Shown here: piece by piece, positions 34,555 through 44,723 of the stretch | How the letters are laid out: each line of letters starts with the position of its first letter | Position numbering within the stretch: position 1 is the stretch's first letter | Assembly (NCBI GenBank): GCA_964565765.1 | Contig: CAZMGF010000007.1 | Coordinates: forward strand, 3,222-67,221 | Reading direction: 5' to 3' | Length of the DNA stretch: 64,000 bases | Source of the DNA: an uncultured Spirochaetia bacterium | Lineage (GTDB): Bacteria; Oederibacteriota; PGYV01; Palsa-1178 | Notes under the pieces: model-generated | What the model saw: the letters and a program-made list of their open reading frames with translations, nothing else | What the model was told of the DNA's origin: nothing | Databases searched by the model: none | Program-made: the position numbers and the translations under genes

Positions 34555-36981
34555 TCAGGCGCAGCTTGGCAGGTGTATCGTAAATATGGTGCCTTTGCCG
34601 GATGTAACAAAATCTATCTTGCCGCCCTGTAGTTCAATGGCCTTTTTCACATTGTACAACCCGAGTCCCGTTCCGGTTTTTTTGGAGGTGTTAAAAGGCT
34701 CGAATATTTTGTTCATTATTTCTTCCGGTATGCCGTGGCCCGTGTCTCCGATTTTTATAACAAGGTCCCCGGCTTCCTCTGATGCCGCGACCGTCATTTC
34801 CCCGCCGCCCTTCATTTCATCCATGGCGTTCATATAAAGGTTCAAAAGCACCCGTTCAAACCACATTTTATCAGCTTTTACCATGCCGGTTATTTTCAGG
34901 TCCTTTACTATCCTGACATTCTCGGATTTGGCCTTGTGCGCGATAAATTTAAGGGTGGCGCCTATCGACGCTTCCGGGTCAAATTCTTCAATGGTTATCT
35001 TCATCTGTTTGGCGAATTCCATCATTTGCTTCAATATGTGGTCTATATCTATTATCTTTCCCTCCAGATTTTCAAGTATATCGTCTTTTTCCTGAACGGT
35101 GGCGTTCCTTGAATTCTGCACCGCCCCGAGCATTATGGTAAGAGGATTTCTTATCTCATGCGCGACGGCCGCCGCGAATTTTCCCATTCCCGCCAGCTGT
35201 TCACTTATAATGAGCCGCTGCTCGGTCTTGCGCAGAGTCTCGGTGGTTTCTATAAGCTGCTCGTTTTGCTTCAATATCTGGTCAAAAAGGTATGAATTCT
35301 CTATTGATTTCGCCACATGTTCCATCAGCAGTGCAAGCATTTCCACATGAAGCGGATCCATATCCTGTTTTTCAACGCATACGTAACCTATAAGCTTATA
35401 ACGGAGTTTCAGCTGGAAAACCCGGGTGACGCCCGGAATGTTGAAAACCGCGAATTTTTCATTGTTAAGAAGGGCATCCGTTGAATCCTTTCCATAATTT
35501 TCAATTTCTTCCCTGTTGATGGTATTTTTCGAGTACCGCTCAATGCGTTCTTTTTCATATCCGGTGCAGTGTATCAGCTCGAGATTCTGGGATTTTTTAT
35601 TGAAAAGCAGGAGCCCGACTTTCTCCGAGCCCACAAACTGCGAGACTATTTCCACAAAAATGCCTATAAGCTTGGTGTATTCCATGGTTGAATTTATTAT
35701 CTGGGAAATATTGATAAGGCTCCTGATGAGTATGTTTTCCTTGTTGAGCCTGCCGACAAGCATCATGTTTTTATAAATAACGCTCACTATATTTACCACA
35801 AAATCAATTATTTCCATCTTGTTTTCAAAAGTGGCCTCAATACCCCTGGCGTTATAGAGCACAAGCACGCCCAGTTTTATTTCGGCTCCCTTCAGGGGGA
35901 TTATCAGCACATTGGAAACAAGGCCTTCCGGATCATCCATATATTTTTTAACGTCATCGCCGGTAAGAAATAAAGGCTGCTGGTGCATGGCTTTTTTGAC
36001 CTGCTGTATGTGTGTTTTCAATCCGGCATCTGAAAATTTTTCAGCCCCTTCCTGTTCCTCCATGCCGCTCCTGTAAATATTGCCGCCGTCAAAAATATAG
36101 ACGGCCCCGGCCTGGGCGTAAAAATAATTCCCCACCTCCAGAAGAAGCTTTTTAAAAAAATCCCTGCTCCCGGACGGCTCGTTAAGGGTGTGCTGAAAAA
36201 GTTTCTGGATATTGGCCAGCAGCCTTTCGCGCGTCCTGTCATTAACGACAAGTATGCGCCTCTGGTGCCCGTCTACTTCCATGCTGTTTATTTCAAGGTA
36301 CAGTTTTCCTTTGACCGGCGAAACAAACTGTGCGTTCACAGGAGAATCTGAATTTTTTATGTCGGTTTTAAAGACAGCCTCTGCATTCGCCCCTATTATC
36401 ATTTCCTGGCCCACAGAGAGCATATCGTATAGGTTGGAATTCGCCTCAATAATATTGAGCCCGCTGTCTGTAAGTATTACGGCGTTAGGCATCCCCTTCA
36501 AGACCTCGTCAAGCATAACTTTGCGGACATCCGCGGTGTCATGCGCCCGTGAGTAGCTTTCTTTAAGGGCCAAATTTGCCGTTTCCAGCTCGTCGGTAAG
36601 CATTTTTACCCTCAGCATGGCCTTTATCCTGGCGCGCAACTCTTCGGGTTCAAAAGGCTTGGTTATATAATCATCAACTTTTGAGTTTATAAAACTGTCA
36701 ATCTTGTCTTTCTGGAGATGCCTTGCAGTAACCATTATAATGGGTATTTTCCTGAGCCCGGGGTCTTCTTTGATCATCCTGGCAACTTCGCCCCCCCTTA
36801 AAAGAGGCAGCATTTCGTCAAGAAGTATAAGGTCGGGTTTAAAACTGTTTATTTTTGAAAGGGCTTCTTTGCCGTCATTGGCGGTTTCAACTTCATACTG
36901 CCCGGGCTCCATGCCCAGTATTATCTGGATAATCTTGACTATATCGGGCTCGTCGTCAACGACAAGTATTCTTTTTTGCAT
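34555..36981 (-). CDS. Soluble hybrid histidine kinase REC-PAS-GAF-GAF-HisKA-HATPase
   Basis: REC ILVVDDE..LLDEMLP..TKPF; H-box AHEIRNPL; N box LLNLYMNA; DTGHGI; GTGLGL; no TM segment. Confidence 0.9.
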   Translation of the reverse strand: MQKRILVVDDEPDIVKIIQIILGMEPGQYEVETANDGKEALSKINSFKPDLILLDEMLPLLRGGEVARMIKEDPGLRKIPIIMVTARHLQKDKIDSFINSKVDDYITKPFEPEELRARIKAMLRVKMLTDELETANLALKESYSRAHDTADVRKVMLDEVLKGMPNAVILTDSGLNIIEANSNLYDMLSVGQEMIIGANAEAVFKTDIKNSDSPVNAQFVSPVKGKLYLEINSMEVDGHQRRILVVNDRTRERLLANIQKLFQHTLNEPSGSRDFFKKLLLEVGNYFYAQAGAVYIFDGGNIYRSGMEEQEGAEKFSDAGLKTHIQQVKKAMHQQPLFLTGDDVKKYMDDPEGLVSNVLIIPLKGAEIKLGVLVLYNARGIEATFENKMEIIDFVVNIVSVIYKNMMLVGRLNKENILIRSLINISQIINSTMEYTKLIGIFVEIVSQFVGSEKVGLLLFNKKSQNLELIHCTGYEKERIERYSKNTINREEIENYGKDSTDALLNNEKFAVFNIPGVTRVFQLKLRYKLIGYVCVEKQDMDPLHVEMLALLMEHVAKSIENSYLFDQILKQNEQLIETTETLRKTEQRLIISEQLAGMGKFAAAVAHEIRNPLTIMLGAVQNSRNATVQEKDDILENLEGKIIDIDHILKQMMEFAKQMKITIEEFDPEASIGATLKFIAHKAKSENVRIVKDLKITGMVKADKMWFERVLLNLYMNAMDEMKGGGEMTVAASEEAGDLVIKIGDTGHGIPEEIMNKIFEPFNTSKKTGTGLGLYNVKKAIELQGGKIDFVTSGKGTIFTIHLPSCA

Positions 36982-37020
36982 CTTTTTTTATTTCCCTCTT
37001 TACATGGATTTTTCATATGG

Positions 37021-37047
37021 ATACCGGCAGGGTAAAAAAGCCCCTGA
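37021..37047 (-). promoter_or_regulatory. Possible sigma28-type promoter of the hybrid kinase
   Basis: TCAG-N15-GCCGGTAT; both elements are imperfect. Confidence 0.3.
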
Positions 37048-37054
37048 AGTAATT

Positions 37055-37792
37055 CTAGAATATATTAAGGACTTTTTCAACGGAGAGTTTTGCCTTTATT
37101 TTTGAAATGGCCTGGCCGTGTATCTGGGATATCCTGGCCTCTGTCAGATCCATCGCCCTTGATATCTCCTTGAGGGTGAATCCTTCATAATAATACATTG
37201 ACAGCACCGACCTTTCACGGATATCAAGAGCCGTGTCAATTATCCTGGCCAGCAGCTCCCTGCGTTCCATGGATTCCGCATTATCATCGGCGTAAACCGG
37301 GCCGCCTCCGGAATTTGACGAAAAAAATTCGTCTATGGAATAAACCTTATTTACGTGCAGGCCGTCTATGAGCTTGTAATATGCCGTCATATCCAGTCCC
37401 ATTTCCTGAGCAACCTGCTCGTCCGTGGGGTTCGAACACCCGCGCTCCATCAGCGCTCTGTAGGCTTTTTCAAGCCTTGAAGTTTTTTCTTTTACCGATC
37501 TCGGGGCCCAGTCGGCGTTTCTTAAGTAGTCCATTATACTTCCGTATATCCTGAAATAGGCGTAAGTGACGAATTTTATATCGCGCCCCGGGTCGTACTT
37601 TTCAACGGCCTCCAGGAGCCCCATTGCCCCTATATTAAAAAGGTCGTCTTTACTGGCAAGCGTGGAGGCAAAATAAACCCTTTCCACCACGAACCTGACC
37701 AGGTTTATATATTTTTTCGCTATTTCATTCCGTGCCGCTGTGCTTTTGTTTTTTTCGTACTCTTCCCAGACGCCCTTTTCTTCTTCATTCAT
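37055..37792 (-). CDS. fliA: Flagellar sigma factor sigma28 (FliA/WhiG)
   Basis: GAMGLLEAVEKYDP..KFVTYAYFRIYGSIMDYLR..DWAPRS; YYYEGFTLKEI...TEARISQIH. Confidence 0.95.
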   Translation of the reverse strand: MNEEEKGVWEEYEKNKSTAARNEIAKKYINLVRFVVERVYFASTLASKDDLFNIGAMGLLEAVEKYDPGRDIKFVTYAYFRIYGSIMDYLRNADWAPRSVKEKTSRLEKAYRALMERGCSNPTDEQVAQEMGLDMTAYYKLIDGLHVNKVYSIDEFFSSNSGGGPVYADDNAESMERRELLARIIDTALDIRERSVLSMYYYEGFTLKEISRAMDLTEARISQIHGQAISKIKAKLSVEKVLNIF

Positions 37793-37801
37793 TTTGGCAC
37801 C

Positions 37802-37981
37802 TCAGTTGCTGTTTTGTTTTCGTTCCAGTATTTTTCCAAGCACCGCCATAACCGCGAAAGTCGCGGCGTAAAAAACCGCGGACGCAGCCAGTGTGCCGGC
37901 CCAGTTTTTGTGAAAAATCACGCCCAGGAGCACGCAGGAGAAAAAAGCCGCTGGAGGCGCGAAGAAAAATATTATTTTCAT
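37802..37981 (-). CDS. 59-aa two-TM membrane protein (below the ORF-track cutoff)
   Basis: MKIIFFFAPPAAFFSCVLLGVIFHKNWAGTLAASAVFYAATFAVMAVLGKILERKQNSN; GGAG SD; fills the gap between the activator and fliA; its stop overlaps the fliA SD. Confidence 0.7.
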   Translation of the reverse strand: MKIIFFFAPPAAFFSCVLLGVIFHKNWAGTLAASAVFYAATFAVMAVLGKILERKQNSN

Positions 37982-37991
37982 CCGGCTTCTC

Positions 37992-39404
37992 CTAAAGCCC
38001 GTATTCTTTCATCTTGTTATAAAGCGTCTTATAATCCACTTTCAGCGCCTCCGAAACCTTTGTCTTGTTCCATTTAAATTTGTTAAGGGCCCTGACTATC
38101 ATTTCACGCTCTATCTGCTCCCTTGCCCTGCCGCAGGCGTCCTTTAGCGGCAGTATCTCCCCGGAGTCACTCCCGCCCGCCCCGCCTTCCATGCCCGGCT
38201 GGCCGTAATGTTCGCCGCCCGCCACCCTGTCAGTAAGGCTCTTTGGCAGGTTTGCTTTTGTAATATAAGTGTCGGCCATTATTATGGCGTGCTTTATTGT
38301 GTTTTCGAGTTCCCTCACGTTGCCCGGCCATGAATAATCCATAAAAATCTGTTTTACTTCATCATCAATTTCTTTCACATTTTTTTCAAATTTAAGGTTA
38401 TATTTCATTATGAACCTGCCAGCCAGGAGAAGCACATCGTCCCCCCTGCCCCGCAGCGGCGGCAGTTCAAGGTAATATTCATTTATCCTGTGGAAAAGGT
38501 CGTCCCTGAATTCCCCTTTTTTCACAGCTTCATTAAGGTCCACATTTGTCGCGGTAATAACGCGAATATCCAGGTCTATGGTCTTGCGCCCCCCGATTCT
38601 GACTATCTTGCGTTCCTGAAGGACCCTTAATAATTTTTTCTGCACATTAAGCGAAAGATTGCCTATTTCATCAAGAAACAGCGAGCCGCCGTTGGCAAGC
38701 TCGAACCTGCCTGTTTTCGCCTCTGTGGCTCCGGTAAACGACCCTTTTTCATGGCCGAAAAGTTCCGATTCGACGAGATTATCCGGCAGTGTGGCGCAGT
38801 CTATCGAAACAAAAAGCCCCTCTTTTCTCTGGCTGTTCCTGTGTATGGTCTTGGCGACCAGTTCCTTGCCGGTTCCGGATTCACCCAGCAAAAGCACGGA
38901 AACCTCATAACCGGCTATTTTCCTCGCAGTTTCCACAACTTTGGAAAAGCCCGGATGCCCGGTTATTATTTCTTCCTCGGAGTCTTCGCCTTTTATTTTT
39001 TTACGGAGAAGTTTAATTTCCGTTTCCAGTTCCCTTGTCTTAAGGGCATTCTGCACCGTTACCCTGAATTTTTCCTCATCAACGGGTTTTACAAGATAAT
39101 CATAGGCCCCGAGTTTTGTCGTTTCCACCGCAAAACTTACATTTTCATAGGCTGAAAGTATTATTACAGGTGCCTTGAACCCCCTCTCGTTCATCTGTTT
39201 CATAACATCCACACCCGACATACCCGGCATTGTAATATCAAGTATCACCATGTCAAAGGCTGTTTTTTCTATTTTAGAAAGGCAGGCTTCGCCGTTTGAC
39301 GCGCTTTCAAAATCGTAGCCGAATTTTTTTACCAGGCTGCTTATATACCAGACTATCTCAGGGTCGTCATCCACTATAAGTATCTTATGCGTTTTTGGAT
39401 CCAT
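37992..39404 (-). CDS. NtrC-family sigma54 enhancer-binding protein (REC-AAA+-Fis HTH), likely the flagellar activator
   Basis: REC with ILDITMP; GESGTGKE; ESELFGHEKGSFTGA; WPGNVREL; C-terminal HTH WNKTKVSEALKVDYKTLYNKM. Confidence 0.92.
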   Translation of the reverse strand: MDPKTHKILIVDDDPEIVWYISSLVKKFGYDFESASNGEACLSKIEKTAFDMVILDITMPGMSGVDVMKQMNERGFKAPVIILSAYENVSFAVETTKLGAYDYLVKPVDEEKFRVTVQNALKTRELETEIKLLRKKIKGEDSEEEIITGHPGFSKVVETARKIAGYEVSVLLLGESGTGKELVAKTIHRNSQRKEGLFVSIDCATLPDNLVESELFGHEKGSFTGATEAKTGRFELANGGSLFLDEIGNLSLNVQKKLLRVLQERKIVRIGGRKTIDLDIRVITATNVDLNEAVKKGEFRDDLFHRINEYYLELPPLRGRGDDVLLLAGRFIMKYNLKFEKNVKEIDDEVKQIFMDYSWPGNVRELENTIKHAIIMADTYITKANLPKSLTDRVAGGEHYGQPGMEGGAGGSDSGEILPLKDACGRAREQIEREMIVRALNKFKWNKTKVSEALKVDYKTLYNKMKEYGL

Positions 39405-39472
39405 TTTTCCTCCATGTATTTCCGTTTTTTTTGGATTCACGGGGCGCATTAATAATAATCATTTTCCCGCCA

Positions 39473-41557
39473 TTAATCCATAACATTTTTGTCACCCGCG
39501 GACCCTTCCGGCAGCCCTATTATGGCCACTGATTCAACATTATAAAGCGGGTCTATTTCATTGTAGGAAATTATATTTAAATGGGGGATTATCCGCTCCG
39601 TCAGCTTTTTCAGGTGCATCCTCACATTGGGCGAGCACACCACCAGCGGCATCGGGCTCACCGAAAGAAGTTTTTCAACCGCCGTGCCTATTGATTTCAC
39701 GATTTTCTGCATAAGCGTCGGTTCTATGGAGTAAATCACGTCGTTATCAACCTGCCTTACGTTGTCCGTTATTATCTTTTCAAGATTGGGGTCCACCGCC
39801 ACAACTGTAAGATGGTTCTTGCCGTTGTTAAACTGGCTGCAAATGGAGCGTGAAATTGCCTCCCTTATTATCTCCGTCAGCACATCGGTGTCCTTGATTT
39901 TCTTTCCGTTATTTGCCAGTGTTTCCAGAATGGTCTCGATATCCCGCACCGGTATCCTCTCCTTGAGCACATTTTTTATCACCGCTTCCACGTCGCCGGC
40001 GTTCAATGTGTTTGGTATCAGGTCCTCGACAAGCGACGGGTTGTCCGCTTTAATAATATCTATCATCTGGGTAAGTTCCTTCCTGGTAAATACCTCGTGG
40101 GCGTATGACTTTATGACTTCTGTCAGGTGTGTGGCAAGCACAGATACCGAATCCACGACGGTGTACCCTGATGTCTCCGCTTTTATCCTCTCTTTTTCTA
40201 TTATCCATATTGCCGGCAGGCCGAAAGTCGGCTCCTGTGTCGGAATCCCGTTTATTTTCGTTTTTATATCCTTATTTGAGGTCATGGCGAGAAAGTGGCC
40301 TATAAGTATCTCCCCCTGGGCCACTTCATTGCCTTTTATCTTTATGGAATACTGGTTTGTCGAGAGTTCGCTGTTGTCTTTCACCCTTATAAGCGGAAGA
40401 AGAAAGCCGAGCTCCTTTGAAACGTTTTCTCTCACCATCTTGAGCCGGTCCAGAAGGTTGCCCTTTTTATTTTCATCAATGAGCGACAGCAGCCCGTAAC
40501 CTATGTTCAATTCTATGGGATAGACCTTGATTATATTGTAAAGCGGGGGAATGCCGTCCTTCTTTTTTTCCTCCTTCGGATCCTTGCGCTTTGCCGTTTC
40601 AGACGCCGCCTTTACCCTCATTGAAGCCATTGTCATCAGGACCGCCATGACAAGAAACGGAAGCACGGGTAATTTTGTAAAAAAACCGAGAGCGGCAAAA
40701 ACATAGAGAAATCCGGCCACTATTTTTATTGCCTTTGGCTGCATGGATATCTGGGCGGTAAAATCTGATCCGAGGTCCGATTTTGACGCGGCTCTTGTTA
40801 CTATAACACCCATGGCTATTGAAACCACAAGCGCGGGAATTTGCGCCACAAGCCCCTCGCCGATTGTCAGTATCGTGTATATCCTGGTTATTTCCAGCAG
40901 CGTCATACCTCCCCTTAAATAGCCCATCACCATGCCGCCTAGTATATTTATAAAAATTATTATTATTGCCGCAATTACGTTCCCCTTGACGAATTTTGAG
41001 GCTCCGTCCATGGCCCCGTAAAAATCCGCCTCATCCTCAACTTCCTTCCTCCTGCGCCTGGCTTCTTCGTTTGTTATCAGGCCGGCTGAGAGGTCCGCGT
41101 CAATGGACATCTGTTTTCCCGGCATGGCATCCAGAGTGAACCTGGCCGCGACCTCGGCTATCCTTTCCGCGCCCTTTGTTATAACGACAAACTGCACTAT
41201 TGTTATTATAATAAACACCACGAGCCCGACTATAACGTTGCCGCCGACTACGAATTCGCCGAAGGCGGACACGACTGATCCGGCGTTTCCGCTGAGCAAT
41301 ATCATCCTGGTGATTGATATATTCAGCGTCAGGTCAAGCAGCGTCATCACAAGCAGCACGCTGGGGAAGACCGAAAATTCAAGTGGGTTGCCGATATAGA
41401 GCGTTATCATCAGTATAAGCAGCGAAAGAGTGAAATTAATTACTATCAGGAAGCTTATCAGCGCGGGAGGCAGCGGGATTATCATTATCAGAATCAGGCT
41501 GACAATCATTACCGCGACAGCTACGTCCCCCTGTTTAACGGCCTTTTTATCTTCCAT
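39473..41557 (-). CDS. flhA: Export gate protein FlhA
   Basis: AERIAEVAARFTLDAMPGKQMSIDADL; FYGAMDGASKFVKG. Confidence 0.97.
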   Translation of the reverse strand: MEDKKAVKQGDVAVAVMIVSLILIMIIPLPPALISFLIVINFTLSLLILMITLYIGNPLEFSVFPSVLLVMTLLDLTLNISITRMILLSGNAGSVVSAFGEFVVGGNVIVGLVVFIIITIVQFVVITKGAERIAEVAARFTLDAMPGKQMSIDADLSAGLITNEEARRRRKEVEDEADFYGAMDGASKFVKGNVIAAIIIIFINILGGMVMGYLRGGMTLLEITRIYTILTIGEGLVAQIPALVVSIAMGVIVTRAASKSDLGSDFTAQISMQPKAIKIVAGFLYVFAALGFFTKLPVLPFLVMAVLMTMASMRVKAASETAKRKDPKEEKKKDGIPPLYNIIKVYPIELNIGYGLLSLIDENKKGNLLDRLKMVRENVSKELGFLLPLIRVKDNSELSTNQYSIKIKGNEVAQGEILIGHFLAMTSNKDIKTKINGIPTQEPTFGLPAIWIIEKERIKAETSGYTVVDSVSVLATHLTEVIKSYAHEVFTRKELTQMIDIIKADNPSLVEDLIPNTLNAGDVEAVIKNVLKERIPVRDIETILETLANNGKKIKDTDVLTEIIREAISRSICSQFNNGKNHLTVVAVDPNLEKIITDNVRQVDNDVIYSIEPTLMQKIVKSIGTAVEKLLSVSPMPLVVCSPNVRMHLKKLTERIIPHLNIISYNEIDPLYNVESVAIIGLPEGSAGDKNVMD

Positions 41558-42614
41558 TTTTTTTCTCCCTTTCCATTTTATAGATAAATACCAGCACTTT
41601 GGCCAGCGCCTTAAAAAGTTTAGGCGGAATGAACCGCCCTACATCGGTTGAAAAGTATATTGAACGGGTAAGCTCCGGGTTCTTTATCACCGGAACCCTG
41701 AATTCTTTGGCAATTTCCCTTATCCTGAGGGCCATAAGATCGGCGCCTTTTGCAAGCAGCCTCGGCGCCTTCATTCCCCGCTCATATTTTACAGCCACAG
41801 CGAAATGTGTCGGGTTAACCGTCACAAAAGTGGCTTTTTTAACCGATTCCATCATCGCGTGCCTGAGCTTGCGTTTGTGCCAGTTCCTGATCATACCTTT
41901 TGTCCTTAAGTCCCCTTCGGTCTGTTTGACCTCTTCCTTTATCTCTTCCCTGCTCATTTTAAGGTTGGACATATAGTCGTGCCTTTGCCATATATAATCG
42001 ACTATGGCAAGCGCTATAAGAAAAACCACAATCTTTTTTATAATTTCCGTAAAAAGGTACGCGGCGAATTTAAGAACCGTATAAACATCGGCCCCGGAGA
42101 GGAGCATTATTTTTTCCTTTTCCGTCATGAATATATTCTGAAGTATGATAAAAACAATCGCTATCTTAAAAATTGCCTTGAGCAGTTCCACCCAGGAACG
42201 CATTGAAAACATCCTTGAAAAACCGTTTATGGGATTTATCTTTCCAAAATTTACCGACAGCGCCTTTTCCGCAAAAGAGAAGCCTGACTGCGCTATGCCG
42301 GAAAGAAACGCCAGCGCCAGCAGGGTTAAAAGGGCCGGCGTCACAGCGGTAAGGACATCCATGGCCCCGCCCGTTAGAAGCGAGTGCGCCCTGTCAAAAT
42401 CAAGGGGTCTTCCGCTGCCGGCCGCGTCAATGCACCTGTAAAAGCTTTTTACCATAACCGACAGCATGGTTTTCGACGAAATAAAGACAACTGAAAGAAA
42501 ACCAATCATCTGTATCACAGACGAAACTTCCGGGCTCCTGGCGGCCTCTCCCTTTTCCCTGGAATCCCGTATTTTCTTTGGTGTGGGCTTTTCTGTCTTG
42601 CTTGCATCGGCCAT
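41547..42614 (-). CDS. flhB: Export switch protein FlhB
   Basis: KTEKPTPKK; KMSREEIKEEVKQTEGD; NPTH autocleavage motif. Confidence 0.96.
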   Translation of the reverse strand: MADASKTEKPTPKKIRDSREKGEAARSPEVSSVIQMIGFLSVVFISSKTMLSVMVKSFYRCIDAAGSGRPLDFDRAHSLLTGGAMDVLTAVTPALLTLLALAFLSGIAQSGFSFAEKALSVNFGKINPINGFSRMFSMRSWVELLKAIFKIAIVFIILQNIFMTEKEKIMLLSGADVYTVLKFAAYLFTEIIKKIVVFLIALAIVDYIWQRHDYMSNLKMSREEIKEEVKQTEGDLRTKGMIRNWHKRKLRHAMMESVKKATFVTVNPTHFAVAVKYERGMKAPRLLAKGADLMALRIREIAKEFRVPVIKNPELTRSIYFSTDVGRFIPPKLFKALAKVLVFIYKMEREKKNGR

Positions 42615-42616
42615 TA

Positions 42617-43393
42617 TTACCTCGCAAAGACGGCCAGAAGGCCGTTGATCTGTGTAAACATCCTGGCTATGATGTTCCTTATAATCTCGATGTCCATAGG
42701 CACCATTATAATGATAAGCATGAACGCCAGCATTATCTGCAGCGGTATTCCGACCATAAATACATTGAATTGCGGCATGGTCCTTGAAACTATTCCCATG
42801 CTGATATTTGACATAAAAAGGGTGACGGCCACAGGCGCCGCTATCAATACACCCGCCATAAAAATGGACCCTGAAGCTGTGGTAACTTTTTCAAGGACAG
42901 CCTGATTAAAAACAATCGGCTCCAAAACCGATATTTTCGCGAAGGAATAAACAATCCCTTTCAGTATGATAAGGTGCCCGTTTATGGCAAAGAACATTAA
43001 CATTGCCATTATGTTGTAAAATTCCCCCCATACAGTAACCTGCTGTTCCATTGTCGGGTCGATAACATTGGCCATAGAAAACATGGTATTAAAACTTATC
43101 ATGTCTCCCGCGGCCCTTACCGCCATGAAAGGCACCTGCGAAAAAAATCCAATAAAGAATCCTATAAATGCTTCTTTAATTATATAGACGGCAAACATTA
43201 TATTATCGGACAGGACAGGGGCCGCAATTGCCGGCGTTCCCATTATAACCACAAGCGATATCGCTCCGATTATAAATATTTTGGCTATTCCGGGAAACCC
43301 CGTTGACCCGAACCCCGGAAATAATATTATTATGGCGCTGATCCTTACGGCCATAAGCGCATAAAATTTTAGTACAAGTATTAATTCCTCCAC
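42617..43393 (-). CDS. fliR: Export gate protein FliR
   Basis: Multi-TM; GIVSRTMPQFNVFMVGIP. Confidence 0.93.
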   Translation of the reverse strand: MEELILVLKFYALMAVRISAIIILFPGFGSTGFPGIAKIFIIGAISLVVIMGTPAIAAPVLSDNIMFAVYIIKEAFIGFFIGFFSQVPFMAVRAAGDMISFNTMFSMANVIDPTMEQQVTVWGEFYNIMAMLMFFAINGHLIILKGIVYSFAKISVLEPIVFNQAVLEKVTTASGSIFMAGVLIAAPVAVTLFMSNISMGIVSRTMPQFNVFMVGIPLQIMLAFMLIIIMVPMDIEIIRNIIARMFTQINGLLAVFAR

Positions 43394-43400
43394 ATGACCC

Positions 43401-43670
43401 TCACTTTACAAGGTCCGGAATGGACCTTATCAGATTTGTGGAAAAAGAAACCACCATCTGTATCATCCACGGCCCGAAAAATATTATACAGAGCAAAGAT
43501 ATAAGGATTTTCGGTACATAAGTAAGCGTCATTTCCTGAATTGATGTTACGGCCTGAAATATTGATATGGAAAGCCCCAGGATAAGTCCAATTACCATAA
43601 TAGGAGAAATTGTTATAAATGTGACAATTGCGGCTGTTTTCAGTATCATAAGCACCTGCGAAGAGCCCAT
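43401..43670 (-). CDS. fliQ: Export gate protein FliQ
   Basis: ISIFQAVTSIQEMTLTYVPKI...FGPWM. Confidence 0.95.
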   Translation of the reverse strand: MGSSQVLMILKTAAIVTFITISPIMVIGLILGLSISIFQAVTSIQEMTLTYVPKILISLLCIIFFGPWMIQMVVSFSTNLIRSIPDLVK

Positions 43671-43715
43671 TTTTCCTCCTTATAATAAATATATTAAAAT
43701 TATTGCATTTATACC

Positions 43716-43735
43716 ATATTGCACAAAGTATGCCG
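43716..43735 (-). promoter_or_regulatory. Internal sigma54 promoter of fliQR-flhBA-activator-fliA
   Basis: CGGCATACTTTGTGCAATAT (GG-N10-GC) in a 255-bp AT-rich gap between fliP and fliQ. Confidence 0.7.
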
Positions 43736-43773
43736 GAGAATGTTGTATAAAAATAAGGGGTAATATTATTATA

Positions 43774-43814
43774 ATGGAAACTTTTCCATGCTCAAATATG
43801 GAAACAATTCCATA
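43774..43814. promoter_or_regulatory. Tandem palindromic enhancer (candidate UAS)
   Basis: ATGGAAA-CT-TTTCCAT (43774-43789) and ATGGAAA-CA-ATTCCAT (43798-43813). Confidence 0.7.
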
Positions 43815-43925
43815 GTTTTTTATTTAATTTTGTATGCAGAAATTGGCGTTGATTATTAAGAAACTATATTATTGCATGTAATAATTCAGCTGCAGTCAGA
43901 CCTTAATAACCCGCATTTGGTTTCG

Positions 43926-44723
43926 TCAATGAAAACTTTTCAGAAGGGCCTCTGTAACAAGCCTCCATCCGTCGATAAGTACAAAAAGAAGTATTTTAAA
44001 AGGCAGAGATATCATAATAGGCGGCAGCATCATCATTCCCATGGACATTAATATTGACGCGACTATCATGTCAACAACAAGGAAGGGTATATATAATATA
44101 AAGCCGATTTCGAATCCCACCTTCAGTTCGCTCAAAACAAAGGCCGGAGTCGCCACAAAAAATGATATGTCTTTGCGTGTTTTTGGTTTTTCCTTAACCA
44201 TAGAAAGAAAAACCGAGAGGTCCTCGTCGCGGGTCTGGGAGAGCATGAATTTCTTCAGAGGCTGTGTTCCGCTGTCCAGGGCCTGCTCCCATGTTATCTG
44301 TTTTGCGTAATAAGGCTTAACCGCGTTCTCGTTTATCTGCTGTATCACAGGGAGCATGTTAAATATGGTGAGAAATACGGCGAAACCGACCAGCACCTGG
44401 CTGGGAGGCAGCGTCTGCAGCCCTATGCCCTGCCTTAATATGGTAAGGACTATTATTATCCTTATAAAAGATGTGCAAAGCACGAATATTGCCGGTGCCA
44501 GTGAAAGCACTGTAAGCACCACCAGCGCTTTTACGGCGCCGGATAATTCTTTTTCGCTTGACGGCTCGGCTATATTAATGGCGACTGAATTTCCCCGGGA
44601 ATTTACCATTCCGGAGCCGTTTGACGCCCCTACGCCCACGTTAAGATTCAACGAATCCGCGGCAAATGCCGGGGTAAAAAGCGCCATAATCGCCGCTGCA
44701 GCCAGCAATATCCTGGGGTTCAT
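43926..44723 (-). CDS. fliP: Export gate protein FliP
   Basis: Start MNPRILL overlaps the fliO stop; TSFIRIIIVL; LPPSQVL; MGMMMLPPIMISLPFKILLFVLIDGW. Confidence 0.96.
   Translation of the reverse strand: MNPRILLAAAAIMALFTPAFAADSLNLNVGVGASNGSGMVNSRGNSVAINIAEPSSEKELSGAVKALVVLTVLSLAPAIFVLCTSFIRIIIVLTILRQGIGLQTLPPSQVLVGFAVFLTIFNMLPVIQQINENAVKPYYAKQITWEQALDSGTQPLKKFMLSQTRDEDLSVFLSMVKEKPKTRKDISFFVATPAFVLSELKVGFEIGFILYIPFLVVDMIVASILMSMGMMMLPPIMISLPFKILLFVLIDGWRLVTEALLKSFH

Noticed and set aside
37814-38077. 87-aa + strand ORF
   Set aside because: It is antisense to the better-supported 59-aa membrane-protein ORF and the activator's 3' end.
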